Positions 23,219-32,197 of a stretch of DNA of 36,451 bases are shown piece by piece. The stretch comes from Minisyncoccia bacterium (GTDB lineage: Bacteria > Patescibacteriota > Minisyncoccia > Phycocordibacterales > UBA918). The number at the start of each line of letters is the position of its first letter. Position 1 is the first letter of the stretch. A model generated the notes under the pieces. It saw nothing but the letters and a program-made list of their open reading frames with translations. It made no database searches and was not told the origin of the DNA. Location of the stretch: the NCBI GenBank assembly GCA_050299955.1, contig JBNKWW010000061.1, forward strand, positions 1 through 36,451. Reading direction: 5' to 3'. A program made the translations under genes and the position numbers.

Positions 23219-25015
23219 TTAACCTTGTGACGCCTTAAGCTCAGCGCGGGCATTTTTGATTTGCAGAATCTGTGACGGGTCGGAAGTGATGATTTGGTCT
23301 TCAGTGTAGGAAGCAATGACTTTGATGGCTACGTGCTTCAGGCCCGCAAAGAATATTCCCTCACCCACTCCGGACTCGAGTAGTAGCATTTTTTCTTCGT
23401 CCGTGAGGTTGAAGGTTCTTTGGATGTTGTCGATAGCAGTTGGCGACTGCTTCATCAAAAGTTGTAGCGAAGAGTTGGTGATCATCGGTACGCCGTAAGG
23501 AGAACGAAGGAAGTCATCAACGTCTTGGGTAATAGTGGAAATGCCAAGGTAGTACTTGCGACCACGTTTGGCAAGTGAAAAAAGGAACGAAGCGGTATCT
23601 TCCGACTTCATCATCCACCAAGCCTCGTCGATAACAAGAAGACGCTTCTGGAGGCGACGGCGAATTGCGCTCCAAATGTGGTTGGTGATGATATACATCG
23701 CCACAGTTTTGAGTTCGTCTTCCATATCGCGAAGTGAGAACACTACGAACTTTTGGTTGATATCAACGTTGGTAGCTTGGTTCATAAAACCAGACCAAGT
23801 ACCACTAGTGTATTTTTGGAGACGTGAAATAAGTGAGGAACTGCCTTCCATTCCGGCCAAAACCATCTCAAAGTCTGAGAGAAGTGGCGGTTCCATATCA
23901 CGAAAATCAACGTCACCGGTAATGTCTTTAAGTGCGTAAACCTCATGTAAAGCTTGGTCGATAACAGTTTCCTCTTCTGGAGAAAGACCGCCAAGCATTA
24001 AGCGGAAGAGACCAATCAGCTCAATAATATGTGAGCGAAGCACATCCTCAGGAGCTTCGTCTTCTTGCGGTGCCGGTAGGTCGAAGGGGTTAATATGGTG
24101 AGCCGAAGAAAGTGAAATATTAAAGAAGCGTCCACCGGTAGCCTCGGCCAAGTATTCGTATTCCCTTTCCGGGTCAATCACAATCACTTCAGTACCAAAC
24201 ATCAAAGAGCGAAGAATTTCTAGTTTGGTGGTGTATGACTTGCCGGCTCCGGAAGTAGCGAAGGTTACCGAGTTGTAGTTGGTCAATTGATAGCGGTCAA
24301 AAAGAACCAGTGAAGAGTTGTGACGGTTAATACCGTAAAGAATTCCCGAGTCGCTGGTCAGGTCGAATGAGGTAAAGGGAAAGAAACTGGAAAGTGGTGA
24401 AGAGTTGAACTTGCTATGTACTAAGAGTTCGTCGGTCATATTAGGCAAAACACTGCGGAGTCCTTGTTCTTGCTGGAAGAGTGCCGGTTTCATATAAACA
24501 AGACGCGAATCAAGAATACCTTTAACTTCGGATTCGATTTTGTTAAGAGTGTCGTCATCGGCGCCATAGACAGCAATGTACAAACCAACATCAAAGAGCT
24601 TTTCTTCAGCTTGTTGAAGTTTGTCGCGTAGATCTTCAAGGTTACGGTAGGCGGCTTCGAGTTGTGGGTCGCGCACCATTCCCTTCTCGGCGTTCATATT
24701 GATTTGACTTTGCACCTCAGCCACTTTTTTTTGAAACTTTTTCAAAGTTTCAGCAGTGTCTATTGGATGAATCATTATGGTAATGTCCATCTCATATTCA
24801 AGGTTCAAAACCGGTTCGAGCCAGCCGTCGTTTAGGTAACGCGGATAAGACACGGCAAAGAAAACACGCGCGTTGGTCCCGCTTACGTTAATACTACGCG
24901 GCGTAACACTGACAGCCGAAGGCGCTACTACATCTTCGAGAGTCATCAAAGCACTCTCGGTGTCCAATACTTGTTCCCCTTTTGGTTTTTGTTTTAATAA
25001 ATCCAATATACCCAT
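23219..25015 (-). CDS. virB4: VirB4/TrbE/ConE-family T4SS ATPase (middle plus C-terminal ATPase domains)
   Basis: Walker A ATSGAGKSYTTK and Walker B RLLVIDEAWWMM (the hallmark DEAW). The downstream ISTITQDVDDF is also present. The N-terminal part fits the Gram-positive VirB4 pattern (..YPRYLNDGWLEPVL..). Confidence 0.85.
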   Translation of the reverse strand: MGILDLLKQKPKGEQVLDTESALMTLEDVVAPSAVSVTPRSINVSGTNARVFFAVSYPRYLNDGWLEPVLNLEYEMDITIMIHPIDTAETLKKFQKKVAEVQSQINMNAEKGMVRDPQLEAAYRNLEDLRDKLQQAEEKLFDVGLYIAVYGADDDTLNKIESEVKGILDSRLVYMKPALFQQEQGLRSVLPNMTDELLVHSKFNSSPLSSFFPFTSFDLTSDSGILYGINRHNSSLVLFDRYQLTNYNSVTFATSGAGKSYTTKLEILRSLMFGTEVIVIDPEREYEYLAEATGGRFFNISLSSAHHINPFDLPAPQEDEAPEDVLRSHIIELIGLFRLMLGGLSPEEETVIDQALHEVYALKDITGDVDFRDMEPPLLSDFEMVLAGMEGSSSLISRLQKYTSGTWSGFMNQATNVDINQKFVVFSLRDMEDELKTVAMYIITNHIWSAIRRRLQKRLLVIDEAWWMMKSEDTASFLFSLAKRGRKYYLGISTITQDVDDFLRSPYGVPMITNSSLQLLMKQSPTAIDNIQRTFNLTDEEKMLLLESGVGEGIFFAGLKHVAIKVIASYTEDQIITSDPSQILQIKNARAELKASQG

Positions 25016-25025
25016 ACCTTTAATA

Positions 25026-25661
25026 CTAACCTATATCCGGTGCTTTACCTTGCACATCTCCCGGATTAAAAATGTGATAGAAGAGTTCTACCAACTCGTC
25101 ATTTTGGAGCGTAATGGTGCGAATACCAATTCGTGAGAGTCCTTGCTCTACCAAGGCAGCCCTTTGCTCTAGTTGTAATTTGTGTTCAGTGAAGTCCTTA
25201 TCGTCAAAATAAACACTGTTTTTCTTGCCAAAAAGATTGCTAAAGCCTTTTAAGTTGGACTGCAGGTTAGCGGCAATTGGAGTATAAGGAATAATGATAA
25301 AGAAACTCTTACTCATCACGTCTACTTCTTTGGTGAAGTTTTTGATGAATTGCATATACTCGCGGAGCTGGATACGCATCAAATCGTTGTCTTGTTTGTT
25401 TTCGCGTTCTTTTAGGAGTTTAAGATATGGTTCTATGTTTAGACGTCGTGATTGGATATAGAATTGCACTGAGAAGTCTAGGGTGTTGAGGAAGTTTTGA
25501 AATTGACGCAAGATGGCTTCTTGTTCATCTAGTGATTTAAGGGCGAAGTTTATAGAAGAAGCCAAAAGCACGGTATTCATTTGACCGTTCTTCAAAATAA
25601 CCACGTTATCTTTTATGTCGCGCAAGGGTACAAAATCTTGAGTTGTGTTTTTGGTAGCCAT
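25026..25661 (-). CDS. Protein resembling the extreme N-terminal domain of Gram-positive VirB4 (possible split VirB4)
   Basis: The segment LRDIKDNVVILKNGQMNTVLLASSINFALKSLDEQEAILRQFQNFLNTL recalls the first roughly 200 aa of Tn916 ORF16/ConE-type VirB4. It ends 10 nt before the ATPase ORF. Confidence 0.4.
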   Translation of the reverse strand: MATKNTTQDFVPLRDIKDNVVILKNGQMNTVLLASSINFALKSLDEQEAILRQFQNFLNTLDFSVQFYIQSRRLNIEPYLKLLKERENKQDNDLMRIQLREYMQFIKNFTKEVDVMSKSFFIIIPYTPIAANLQSNLKGFSNLFGKKNSVYFDDKDFTEHKLQLEQRAALVEQGLSRIGIRTITLQNDELVELFYHIFNPGDVQGKAPDIG

Positions 25662-25666
25662 TATAG

Positions 25667-26107
25667 TTATTTTTGGTTAGCCTTCATTTCTAGTTTGCGA
25701 GCCAAAGAAGTAAGATTGCTCCCCTCTTCTGGCGGGGTGTAGGTGGGGCTGGAAAAAGAATTTCCCTCTTGGTCTTGGTAAACACTCTCATTCTTTTTGC
25801 GCCATAAGTACAATTTTGTATTTCGGGTGTAAGCAATCACTGATTCTAGAAATCGAGAAAAGGGCTGATTATTTACCGGATAAAAACCAAGAGCAAACGC
25901 GAGACCGGCAACCGGAAGACCGAGAAGTACAAAAACAATTAATGGTGCCGTAAAGAAGAGTACGGTAGCGAGTCCAAGGCCGCCACCTAAGTAAACAAAC
26001 TGACGCCAAGTAAGGGGGCCAAAAATTTTGTCTTCTATTTCAATAAATTGAGGTACTTCAAAACGCATAAAATAATGACACACGAGAAGTCTTTCAAGGT
26101 GTGCCAT
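25667..26107 (-). CDS. PrgI-family (VirB3/ConD-like) small membrane protein
   Basis: MRFEVPQFIEIEDKIFGPLTWRQFVYLGGGLG followed by two TM helices matches the PrgI-family signature. The true start may be the internal ATG at 26068. Confidence 0.65.
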   Translation of the reverse strand: MAHLERLLVCHYFMRFEVPQFIEIEDKIFGPLTWRQFVYLGGGLGLATVLFFTAPLIVFVLLGLPVAGLAFALGFYPVNNQPFSRFLESVIAYTRNTKLYLWRKKNESVYQDQEGNSFSSPTYTPPEEGSNLTSLARKLEMKANQK

Positions 26108-26129
26108 TATTATACGATAGTTTCTACTT

Positions 26130-26831
26130 TTATTTTGATTCAGCCGTGGACGAATTACCTATAACATCGTCTTGTGTAGAACGATGCACTTCCTCATCGT
26201 CATTATTTTTATTTACAAATACTCCGTAACCGTGAACATTTTTAGCATCTGATTCAAATGTATGAATAGCTGGGATGCGAGGAGTTTCTGTTTGATCCGG
26301 TTTGGTAATTGTGGGTTGTTCGGGGGTAATAACTGGTGTACTTGGCGGCATTGCAGAAGCTGCAAAAGTGGGAGCTGGCTCTATTTCGTCCGCCGGCGCC
26401 TGAAACTCTTTTAAGGCCGAAGCCGCCTCAGCTGAAGGCAAGACTTCTTCAATACCGGAACCTTCCAAAGTAGCGCCGGCGACCACCTCCTTCCCTGGAG
26501 TGAACTGGTCATCCAAAAAGTTCATTATCGGCTCAACCAAAGAAAATAGTTCTTGATCAATATAGGCGGTAATGATTTCTGCTATTGAGGTTTCTATTTC
26601 TAGAGATTCTTTTATTCGGTTGATAAAACCTTGACGCGGCAAAAACATATAAAGAACCAACTCAATCTCCATTCGTAGTATATCTTCTTGTTCTTTGGTA
26701 AAACGATTTTCTACCGCCACTTCTTCTATCACTTTGTCTACGATGCCATAATCAAGAAGTTCGCGAATATCCGGCGGTAGGTTTTGGTACCGTTCGATAA
26801 ACTCTTCTGTTTGATTTGGATTTGTGTACAT
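26130..26831 (-). CDS. Hypothetical acidic protein with a Pro/Thr-rich linker
   Basis: A 233-aa ORF tightly packed in the operon, with no recognisable motif and no TM segment. Confidence 0.55.
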   Translation of the reverse strand: MYTNPNQTEEFIERYQNLPPDIRELLDYGIVDKVIEEVAVENRFTKEQEDILRMEIELVLYMFLPRQGFINRIKESLEIETSIAEIITAYIDQELFSLVEPIMNFLDDQFTPGKEVVAGATLEGSGIEEVLPSAEAASALKEFQAPADEIEPAPTFAASAMPPSTPVITPEQPTITKPDQTETPRIPAIHTFESDAKNVHGYGVFVNKNNDDEEVHRSTQDDVIGNSSTAESK

Positions 26832-26846
26832 AAGCTTTAACTACTT

Positions 26847-28850
26847 TTAACCTCCTTTTATTTTGCTCTTCGCCTCTTTTCGTATTGCGTCACCAGCATT
26901 CTCATTGAGTGCCGCGGTTCTTCCTGTGAATAGATTTTGTAACCAGCTCATACCTTCAACCACACCGGCGTAACCACCAGCTTGTTTTGCTGCTTCTTTT
27001 TCTTTGTCGGCCAATTTTTTCTTATCAGCCATGATTTCATCCATTTTAGTGTCTCTCGCAGGGTCTTTCTTGTCCATAGCGGCAAAGGCAACCATTTTTT
27101 CTTTGAGTTTGTCTTTGTCGTCTTTAATATCATCGAGCAAGGTTTGGTCGACATTGCGCTCTGTACCAATTTGATAGCGATGCATTTCTCGGCTAACAGC
27201 CTCTTTTTGTTTGGCTAGAGCCTCTGTGTCGGCTTCTATACCTGCTTTAAGATCGTCAATTTGAGCCTGATACATTCTTTGCTCGTCGGCATCGCCAGTC
27301 TGACTTTTGTCTTTTTGTAATTTGCGAGCTTTTTTCTTGTCAGCGTCTATCTTTGCCTCAAGAGCATCCTGTTCGGCACGGAGGCGTAGTACTGTTTCAT
27401 CGTCATCATCAACTTTTCCAAAAATTCTCTCTGTGTAGGCTTTCTCTTTCTTAGCCAATTCTTCTTTTTGTTGTACGTATCCAATTTTGGAACCTTCACC
27501 AAGGTTAAGTGCCTGACTAACTCTTTTGGCCCCCGGTGCTTGGCGCACGTCGTAGCTGACATTCCCAGCTTTGTCTGCTGCTTCGAGTGCGCGTCTCGCC
27601 ATAAATGATTTAAATTTGCCATATTTCTCCGCTCCTTCTACGGACCCGATATCTCTTAGTTTTCCACGAGCGCCGGACTTGTCCATTTTTTCCAAAACAG
27701 CTCCAGCACCTTTTCGCAAACCATATGCAGCGAGGCCAGCAGTTAAACCACCAGTTACAGCACCAGTCCCTTTCTTCACCATATTCATTCCATAATCCGC
27801 GCCAACGGCACCGAGGGATTTGGCTACCATTAGTGAAGCATAAGCAAACCCCATCACCACCATAAAATAAATTATAGAACCCCAGAAACTGTAGCCACCT
27901 TGAACGTTGCTGAAACTTTGCAAAGCATAGAGTGACAAGTACAGCATAAAAATATATGCCGGTGCTATCAGAGATTGGTTGATGAGTTTTTTGAAGTAGT
28001 TACCCCCACGACCTGCCAATTGTGGGAAGATAAGTCCTAAGAAAATCACCGGCGCGAATATCATCAAAAAAGTAAGATACATAAAACGAGTGAACAGTAT
28101 GAGACTGCCGGCAGCGAAGATGAATCCCATAGCGATGAGCATTGCCATCACAAAGAAAGCCAAAACCACAATACTCCAACCAATGTCGGCGTCGCTCTCC
28201 ACGCTACTGTCCGCATATTCTGAAGGGTCGGTGAGTTCTTCTGCTACCGAACCACTATTTTCCGGAAAGTTGTTAAGACTGGTAGCGGCAATAAAACCAC
28301 TGGAAATACGGTTGATTGGAATACCAAGAATGGTATCTGGATATTGATTTGCCACCATCAATTCACTTACTTGATAGGCCAAGAAGTTGTTGAAATCGAT
28401 TATGACACGTACAAAATAAAGGCTAAAGTTTATTAGTACTGCTGCCACAATAATGCCGCCCAAGAGACGTTTGGTTTGGCTGTCGTCGGAAGAGAGAATG
28501 GTTTTGAAGCCAGCCCAAATGACACCAAAGATAAAGAGTAGGTTGAAGATGTCGCGTACCACGGCCCAGAGAGCTTCGACTGCCTGAGTCAGTCCTCGAT
28601 TGTCGGAGAATTCAGCCATATTGACTACAAACAGTGAGATGCTGGCATCTAAAAGCCAAGCACCAATACGCGCAAAGAAAGCACCGATGGCAGTAACCAC
28701 GTAATAGATGACACTCTGAATAGTGCTTAGTTCCCTATCGGCTGCATAAGCCGGCATAGTAATGAGAGAAAAAATAGCCAATACCAAAAATAGAAAGAGG
28801 GATACTCTAAAAGTATTTCTCACTATTTTGTTTTGGTAAGACAAGTTCAT
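26847..28850 (-). CDS. VirB6/TrbL/ConG-like polytopic channel protein with a C-terminal charged coiled-coil
   Basis: Signal or anchor sequence plus at least 8 predicted TM helices over about 400 aa. A K/E/D-rich helical tail of about 250 aa follows (EQDALEAKIDADKKKARKLQKDK...). Its size and its position relative to PrgI/VirB4 resemble ConG/VirB6. Confidence 0.5.
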   Translation of the reverse strand: MNLSYQNKIVRNTFRVSLFLFLVLAIFSLITMPAYAADRELSTIQSVIYYVVTAIGAFFARIGAWLLDASISLFVVNMAEFSDNRGLTQAVEALWAVVRDIFNLLFIFGVIWAGFKTILSSDDSQTKRLLGGIIVAAVLINFSLYFVRVIIDFNNFLAYQVSELMVANQYPDTILGIPINRISSGFIAATSLNNFPENSGSVAEELTDPSEYADSSVESDADIGWSIVVLAFFVMAMLIAMGFIFAAGSLILFTRFMYLTFLMIFAPVIFLGLIFPQLAGRGGNYFKKLINQSLIAPAYIFMLYLSLYALQSFSNVQGGYSFWGSIIYFMVVMGFAYASLMVAKSLGAVGADYGMNMVKKGTGAVTGGLTAGLAAYGLRKGAGAVLEKMDKSGARGKLRDIGSVEGAEKYGKFKSFMARRALEAADKAGNVSYDVRQAPGAKRVSQALNLGEGSKIGYVQQKEELAKKEKAYTERIFGKVDDDDETVLRLRAEQDALEAKIDADKKKARKLQKDKSQTGDADEQRMYQAQIDDLKAGIEADTEALAKQKEAVSREMHRYQIGTERNVDQTLLDDIKDDKDKLKEKMVAFAAMDKKDPARDTKMDEIMADKKKLADKEKEAAKQAGGYAGVVEGMSWLQNLFTGRTAALNENAGDAIRKEAKSKIKGG

Positions 28851-28858
28851 ATTTCGGT

Positions 28859-30373
28859 TTAACTACTTGGTGGGTAGTCAAAGGTTCCGCCACAGCTCTT
28901 TCTCTTGGTCGCTATGTCGTAAAGGAATTCATCAATCAGAGCGGCTAGTTTGATGTTTAGGTATTGTTCGCGGAGTTTGTTGACTTTGCTACTGGTAGTG
29001 AAGAGGTCTTGACTCTTGTAACTGAGGTAGGTATTCATTACGGCCAACTTGGTGCTGCTGTCAGTAGCGTTTGCGTATTGAGTATTAAGTGTCTCAAGAA
29101 TGCTTATAGTTGTACTAGATACCGCGTAATTAGTAGTGGCGTTGTCTTTTTCGGTTTTGAGTTCATCAGTAAGTTCAAGATCAAAACACTTGGGGAATTT
29201 AGTTGAGTTATCTGTAAGTTTTACATCAAGTTCATCAAATATATCAAGTATATCTTGCTGCAGTTCTTGATATTCTTTTTCTGCTTTTAAAGAGTTCTTA
29301 ATAACGCTGGCCGAGCTGGTTTGGTATTTGCTCACATCATCTTGGGCTAGAGCGTCGGCATAGGAGAGGTCGCCGGAGTCACCAAATAAATTGACGCTGT
29401 AGTCTGGGTTGCCAGAGAGTCCAAGCACACCGGCTGCACCTTGCAAAACTTGGTTGGTGAGGTTGGTCATAAATGATGAGGCGACTTCGTTGAACTCATC
29501 CATATCAAGAATCTGCAGAGCTGGAAGTTCGCCAAGTAGGAATGATGCACTATGGGAGTCAACACTTAATGGTTTTGTTATATAACATTTTTGGGTTGAG
29601 CCACTACCGCTGGCGTTTGGTATATCTTGGCAGACTTCTGTTGGTTCGAAGCCGCCAGAGAGATCTGCTTTTTGTTTGGAGATGGCCAATTCTTCTTGGA
29701 TGGCGTTGTTTAGTTTTACTGTTTCCTTCAAGATTTGGCAGCTAGTATTTTTTGCGTCGCAACTTCTAAAAGCTAGATAAAGAACGTCGCCTGGGTCCAT
29801 ATTGTCCAAAGTGTCAGCCTCAGAACATTGGTTGTTGGTTGAGGTTTCGTCGTAGTATTCTTGGACAAAATTGTTGTAGAGAACGGTTCTTAGTTCGTGA
29901 GTTTGTGCTGATGAACACTGATTATAAGTGCCGTCACCGAAGATAAACTCGGTCGCTGCTTTTTCTATGGCTTCTTGATAGTAGTCGGCGAAGTTTTGGA
30001 TGAAAGGTATTTCGCCATTTTGACCATCGGCTTGCCCACCTAGCCATTTTAGTAGCTCACTTTGTAGCTGTTGTGTCAGATGCTCTTTGGTAGCATACAC
30101 TAAAGGGTCGAGATTAAACTCTTTATTTTCAAGGTTTTGTTGGAGGTCAGTAAAAGTGTCGGTCAAATCCTTGATAGAGTTTAGAAGTGTCGGAGTTTCT
30201 GATTGGTCGGATACAATGGTGACTTCTGTTCCACCAGTTACAGAGCTGGTAAGGCCACCAACCAAGTTATCTAAGAGGCCAGCTTTCGCACTTAAGGGAG
30301 AAACCATAAGAACTCCCACAAAAAACAAGGAGACAAGGTTATTTATGGTTATTTTCTGAAAAATTTTTTTCAT
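28859..30373 (-). CDS. Secreted Cys-rich protein, unknown function
   Basis: Signal peptide LVSLFFVGVLMVSPLSAKA. There are about 10 cysteines, apparently in pairs, and no recognisable motif. Confidence 0.6.
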   Translation of the reverse strand: MKKIFQKITINNLVSLFFVGVLMVSPLSAKAGLLDNLVGGLTSSVTGGTEVTIVSDQSETPTLLNSIKDLTDTFTDLQQNLENKEFNLDPLVYATKEHLTQQLQSELLKWLGGQADGQNGEIPFIQNFADYYQEAIEKAATEFIFGDGTYNQCSSAQTHELRTVLYNNFVQEYYDETSTNNQCSEADTLDNMDPGDVLYLAFRSCDAKNTSCQILKETVKLNNAIQEELAISKQKADLSGGFEPTEVCQDIPNASGSGSTQKCYITKPLSVDSHSASFLLGELPALQILDMDEFNEVASSFMTNLTNQVLQGAAGVLGLSGNPDYSVNLFGDSGDLSYADALAQDDVSKYQTSSASVIKNSLKAEKEYQELQQDILDIFDELDVKLTDNSTKFPKCFDLELTDELKTEKDNATTNYAVSSTTISILETLNTQYANATDSSTKLAVMNTYLSYKSQDLFTTSSKVNKLREQYLNIKLAALIDEFLYDIATKRKSCGGTFDYPPSS

Positions 30374-30375
30374 AA

Positions 30376-31218
30376 TTATTCCACTTTAATAAGGCGAGAA
30401 GCCGTATCGCTACTACTCCATTGTATACCAAGCTGATCTAATTTTAGGTAAAGATTTGTGATAGCCGTGTACAAAGCTTGGCGGTCGGCTTCAAAGCGGC
30501 GGAGGCGAATCATTGTCGGTAGACTGTCCTCGAAGACCTTACGGAAAGCGGTAATATCTGAATACATTGCTTGGTAAACATTTATTAAAGAAAGATGTTC
30601 CTTAATAAGAGAATCTGGTACCGGTAGCACCAACATTTTGTCGCGCATTCCGGCATAGGCCTCTATTATCGGGTCCAATTTAATGATTTGTTCCGGTACG
30701 TTGGCGGTGAGAGAGGTACTTAATATGGCCAATTCGTTTGGAGAATCTTTAGCGCTAGTGTAGCTTAGGGCGATTTCAGCTACTTCATTGCCATATTGGC
30801 GAAGATTAGCAGCAGAGTTGCTGCTAATTACATTTATGTCATTTTCTGTGTATTGTTTGTCGATTATAAGAGATTGCAGTTTTTGGCTGGCAGAAAGTAA
30901 AGTAGCGCCGGTATTAAAGCCGGTACTGCTGTTTTGGGCTAAGCTAGCCACGGCAAAATCAGTTACTAGTTCTTTGGTGTAGTTGGTCCCTGCACTTTCC
31001 TCACTCAGGTTGATGGTGTTTTTGGCTAGAGCTTCTTGCCAGTCTGGGACTTGGTCGTTGTTGGAGTCTGTGACTTGTATGAAGTTTCTGGGAATAGTAG
31101 TGACAGTGGATTCTTCAAGGGTGATGGTCGGCTCCTTTTGGCTGGACAGCCAAAAGGAGCCGACCATAATGGTTAGACCGGCAATTAAGGCAATCAAAAC
31201 TCGCGGATGAATTTTCAC
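30376..31218 (-). CDS. N-terminally anchored extracytoplasmic protein, first gene of the T4SS-like operon
   Basis: GTG start at 31218 is preceded by GGAGG (31225-31229 on the minus strand) and TATAAT (31242-31247). TM anchor VLIALIAGLTIMVGSFWL. Confidence 0.6.
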   Translation of the reverse strand: MKIHPRVLIALIAGLTIMVGSFWLSSQKEPTITLEESTVTTIPRNFIQVTDSNNDQVPDWQEALAKNTINLSEESAGTNYTKELVTDFAVASLAQNSSTGFNTGATLLSASQKLQSLIIDKQYTENDINVISSNSAANLRQYGNEVAEIALSYTSAKDSPNELAILSTSLTANVPEQIIKLDPIIEAYAGMRDKMLVLPVPDSLIKEHLSLINVYQAMYSDITAFRKVFEDSLPTMIRLRRFEADRQALYTAITNLYLKLDQLGIQWSSSDTASRLIKVE

Positions 31219-31280
31219 AATAACCTCCAGATTACTCCCCTATTATAACCTAGAGGAGTTGAGTTTGAGTGAAGTTATCT

Positions 31281-32114
31281 TCAGTTTTTGTGCGAATGAT
31301 TTAATTTTTCAGCTAGCTTTATCCAAGTGTCTATATTTAAATCTTCAGCGCGTATGTTATGTGACAGTTCCATTGCAGTAAAAACTTTTTCCAGTTCTTC
31401 TCTTTCAAAACTAGGGTCTTCTCCTTTAGCTAAGTTACTCAAGAGTTGTTTGCGTTTCTGACCAAACCCGATGTGTAACAGTTTAAAAAAGAATTTTTCA
31501 TCGAAGTTTTTAAATTTGTTACGAGAAATATTATCGATGGCAATAATGCCGGAATCAACCTTTGGAGGTGGTGTAAAGTGGCCTTTTCCAACGGTTTTTA
31601 TGTATTTCGGTTCGCCGTAAGCTTTGATTGAAAGTGATAAAATAGACTCTTTTTCATCTCGAGATAAATCACTGGTGATTCTCTTAGCAACCTCTTTTTG
31701 AATAAGAAAAACCAAAGTGTTGGGCTGAATCGGACTTTCCAGAAAAGCGCGGAAAAGCATTCCGGTTAAATAGTAAGGAATATTGGAGACCACTTTGAAG
31801 TGGTGGTCGGTGAGGCCGAGCGCAGCGAGGCCGATTTCTCGTACGTCGTGATGATAGACTCGCAATTGTTTGTCGGCAATTTCAGTGGCAAAAGTTTTTT
31901 GGAGACTTTCAATAGCACGTTTGTCAGCTTCGAGAGCGATAACTGTTGCTCCTTGTGCGAGGAGTTCGCGGGTCAAAGCACCGGTACCAGGGCCAACCTC
32001 AACCACAGTGTCACCTGTTTCAATGTTGGCAGCTTCAACAAGCCAGCGTGGGACAACATCGCTGTTCAGAAAATGTTGACCAAGGCTTTTCTTGGTTTCG
32101 AACTTTTCGGTCAT
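31281..32114 (-). CDS. rsmA: 16S rRNA (adenine1518/1519-N6)-dimethyltransferase RsmA/KsgA
   Basis: LGQHFL, the SAM motif VEVGPGTGALT, and VVSNIPYY. The start was chosen at MTEKFETKKSLGQHFL, because the longer track ORF runs through the upstream terminator hairpin. Confidence 0.93.
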   Translation of the reverse strand: MTEKFETKKSLGQHFLNSDVVPRWLVEAANIETGDTVVEVGPGTGALTRELLAQGATVIALEADKRAIESLQKTFATEIADKQLRVYHHDVREIGLAALGLTDHHFKVVSNIPYYLTGMLFRAFLESPIQPNTLVFLIQKEVAKRITSDLSRDEKESILSLSIKAYGEPKYIKTVGKGHFTPPPKVDSGIIAIDNISRNKFKNFDEKFFFKLLHIGFGQKRKQLLSNLAKGEDPSFEREELEKVFTAMELSHNIRAEDLNIDTWIKLAEKLNHSHKN

Positions 32115-32160
32115 ACGAGTAAGATACTGGATGGGTGGACAGTGTGCAAGGTAGGTTAGT

Positions 32161-32189
32161 AAAAGGCCGGCGCTTCGCGCCGGCCTTTT
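32161..32189. terminator. Terminator AAAAGGCCGGCGC-ttc-GCGCCGGCCTTTT (identical to 14722-14750)
   Basis: 29-nt exact repeat located just after the pcrA stop on the minus strand. Confidence 0.85.
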
Positions 32190-32197
32190 ACCACACA

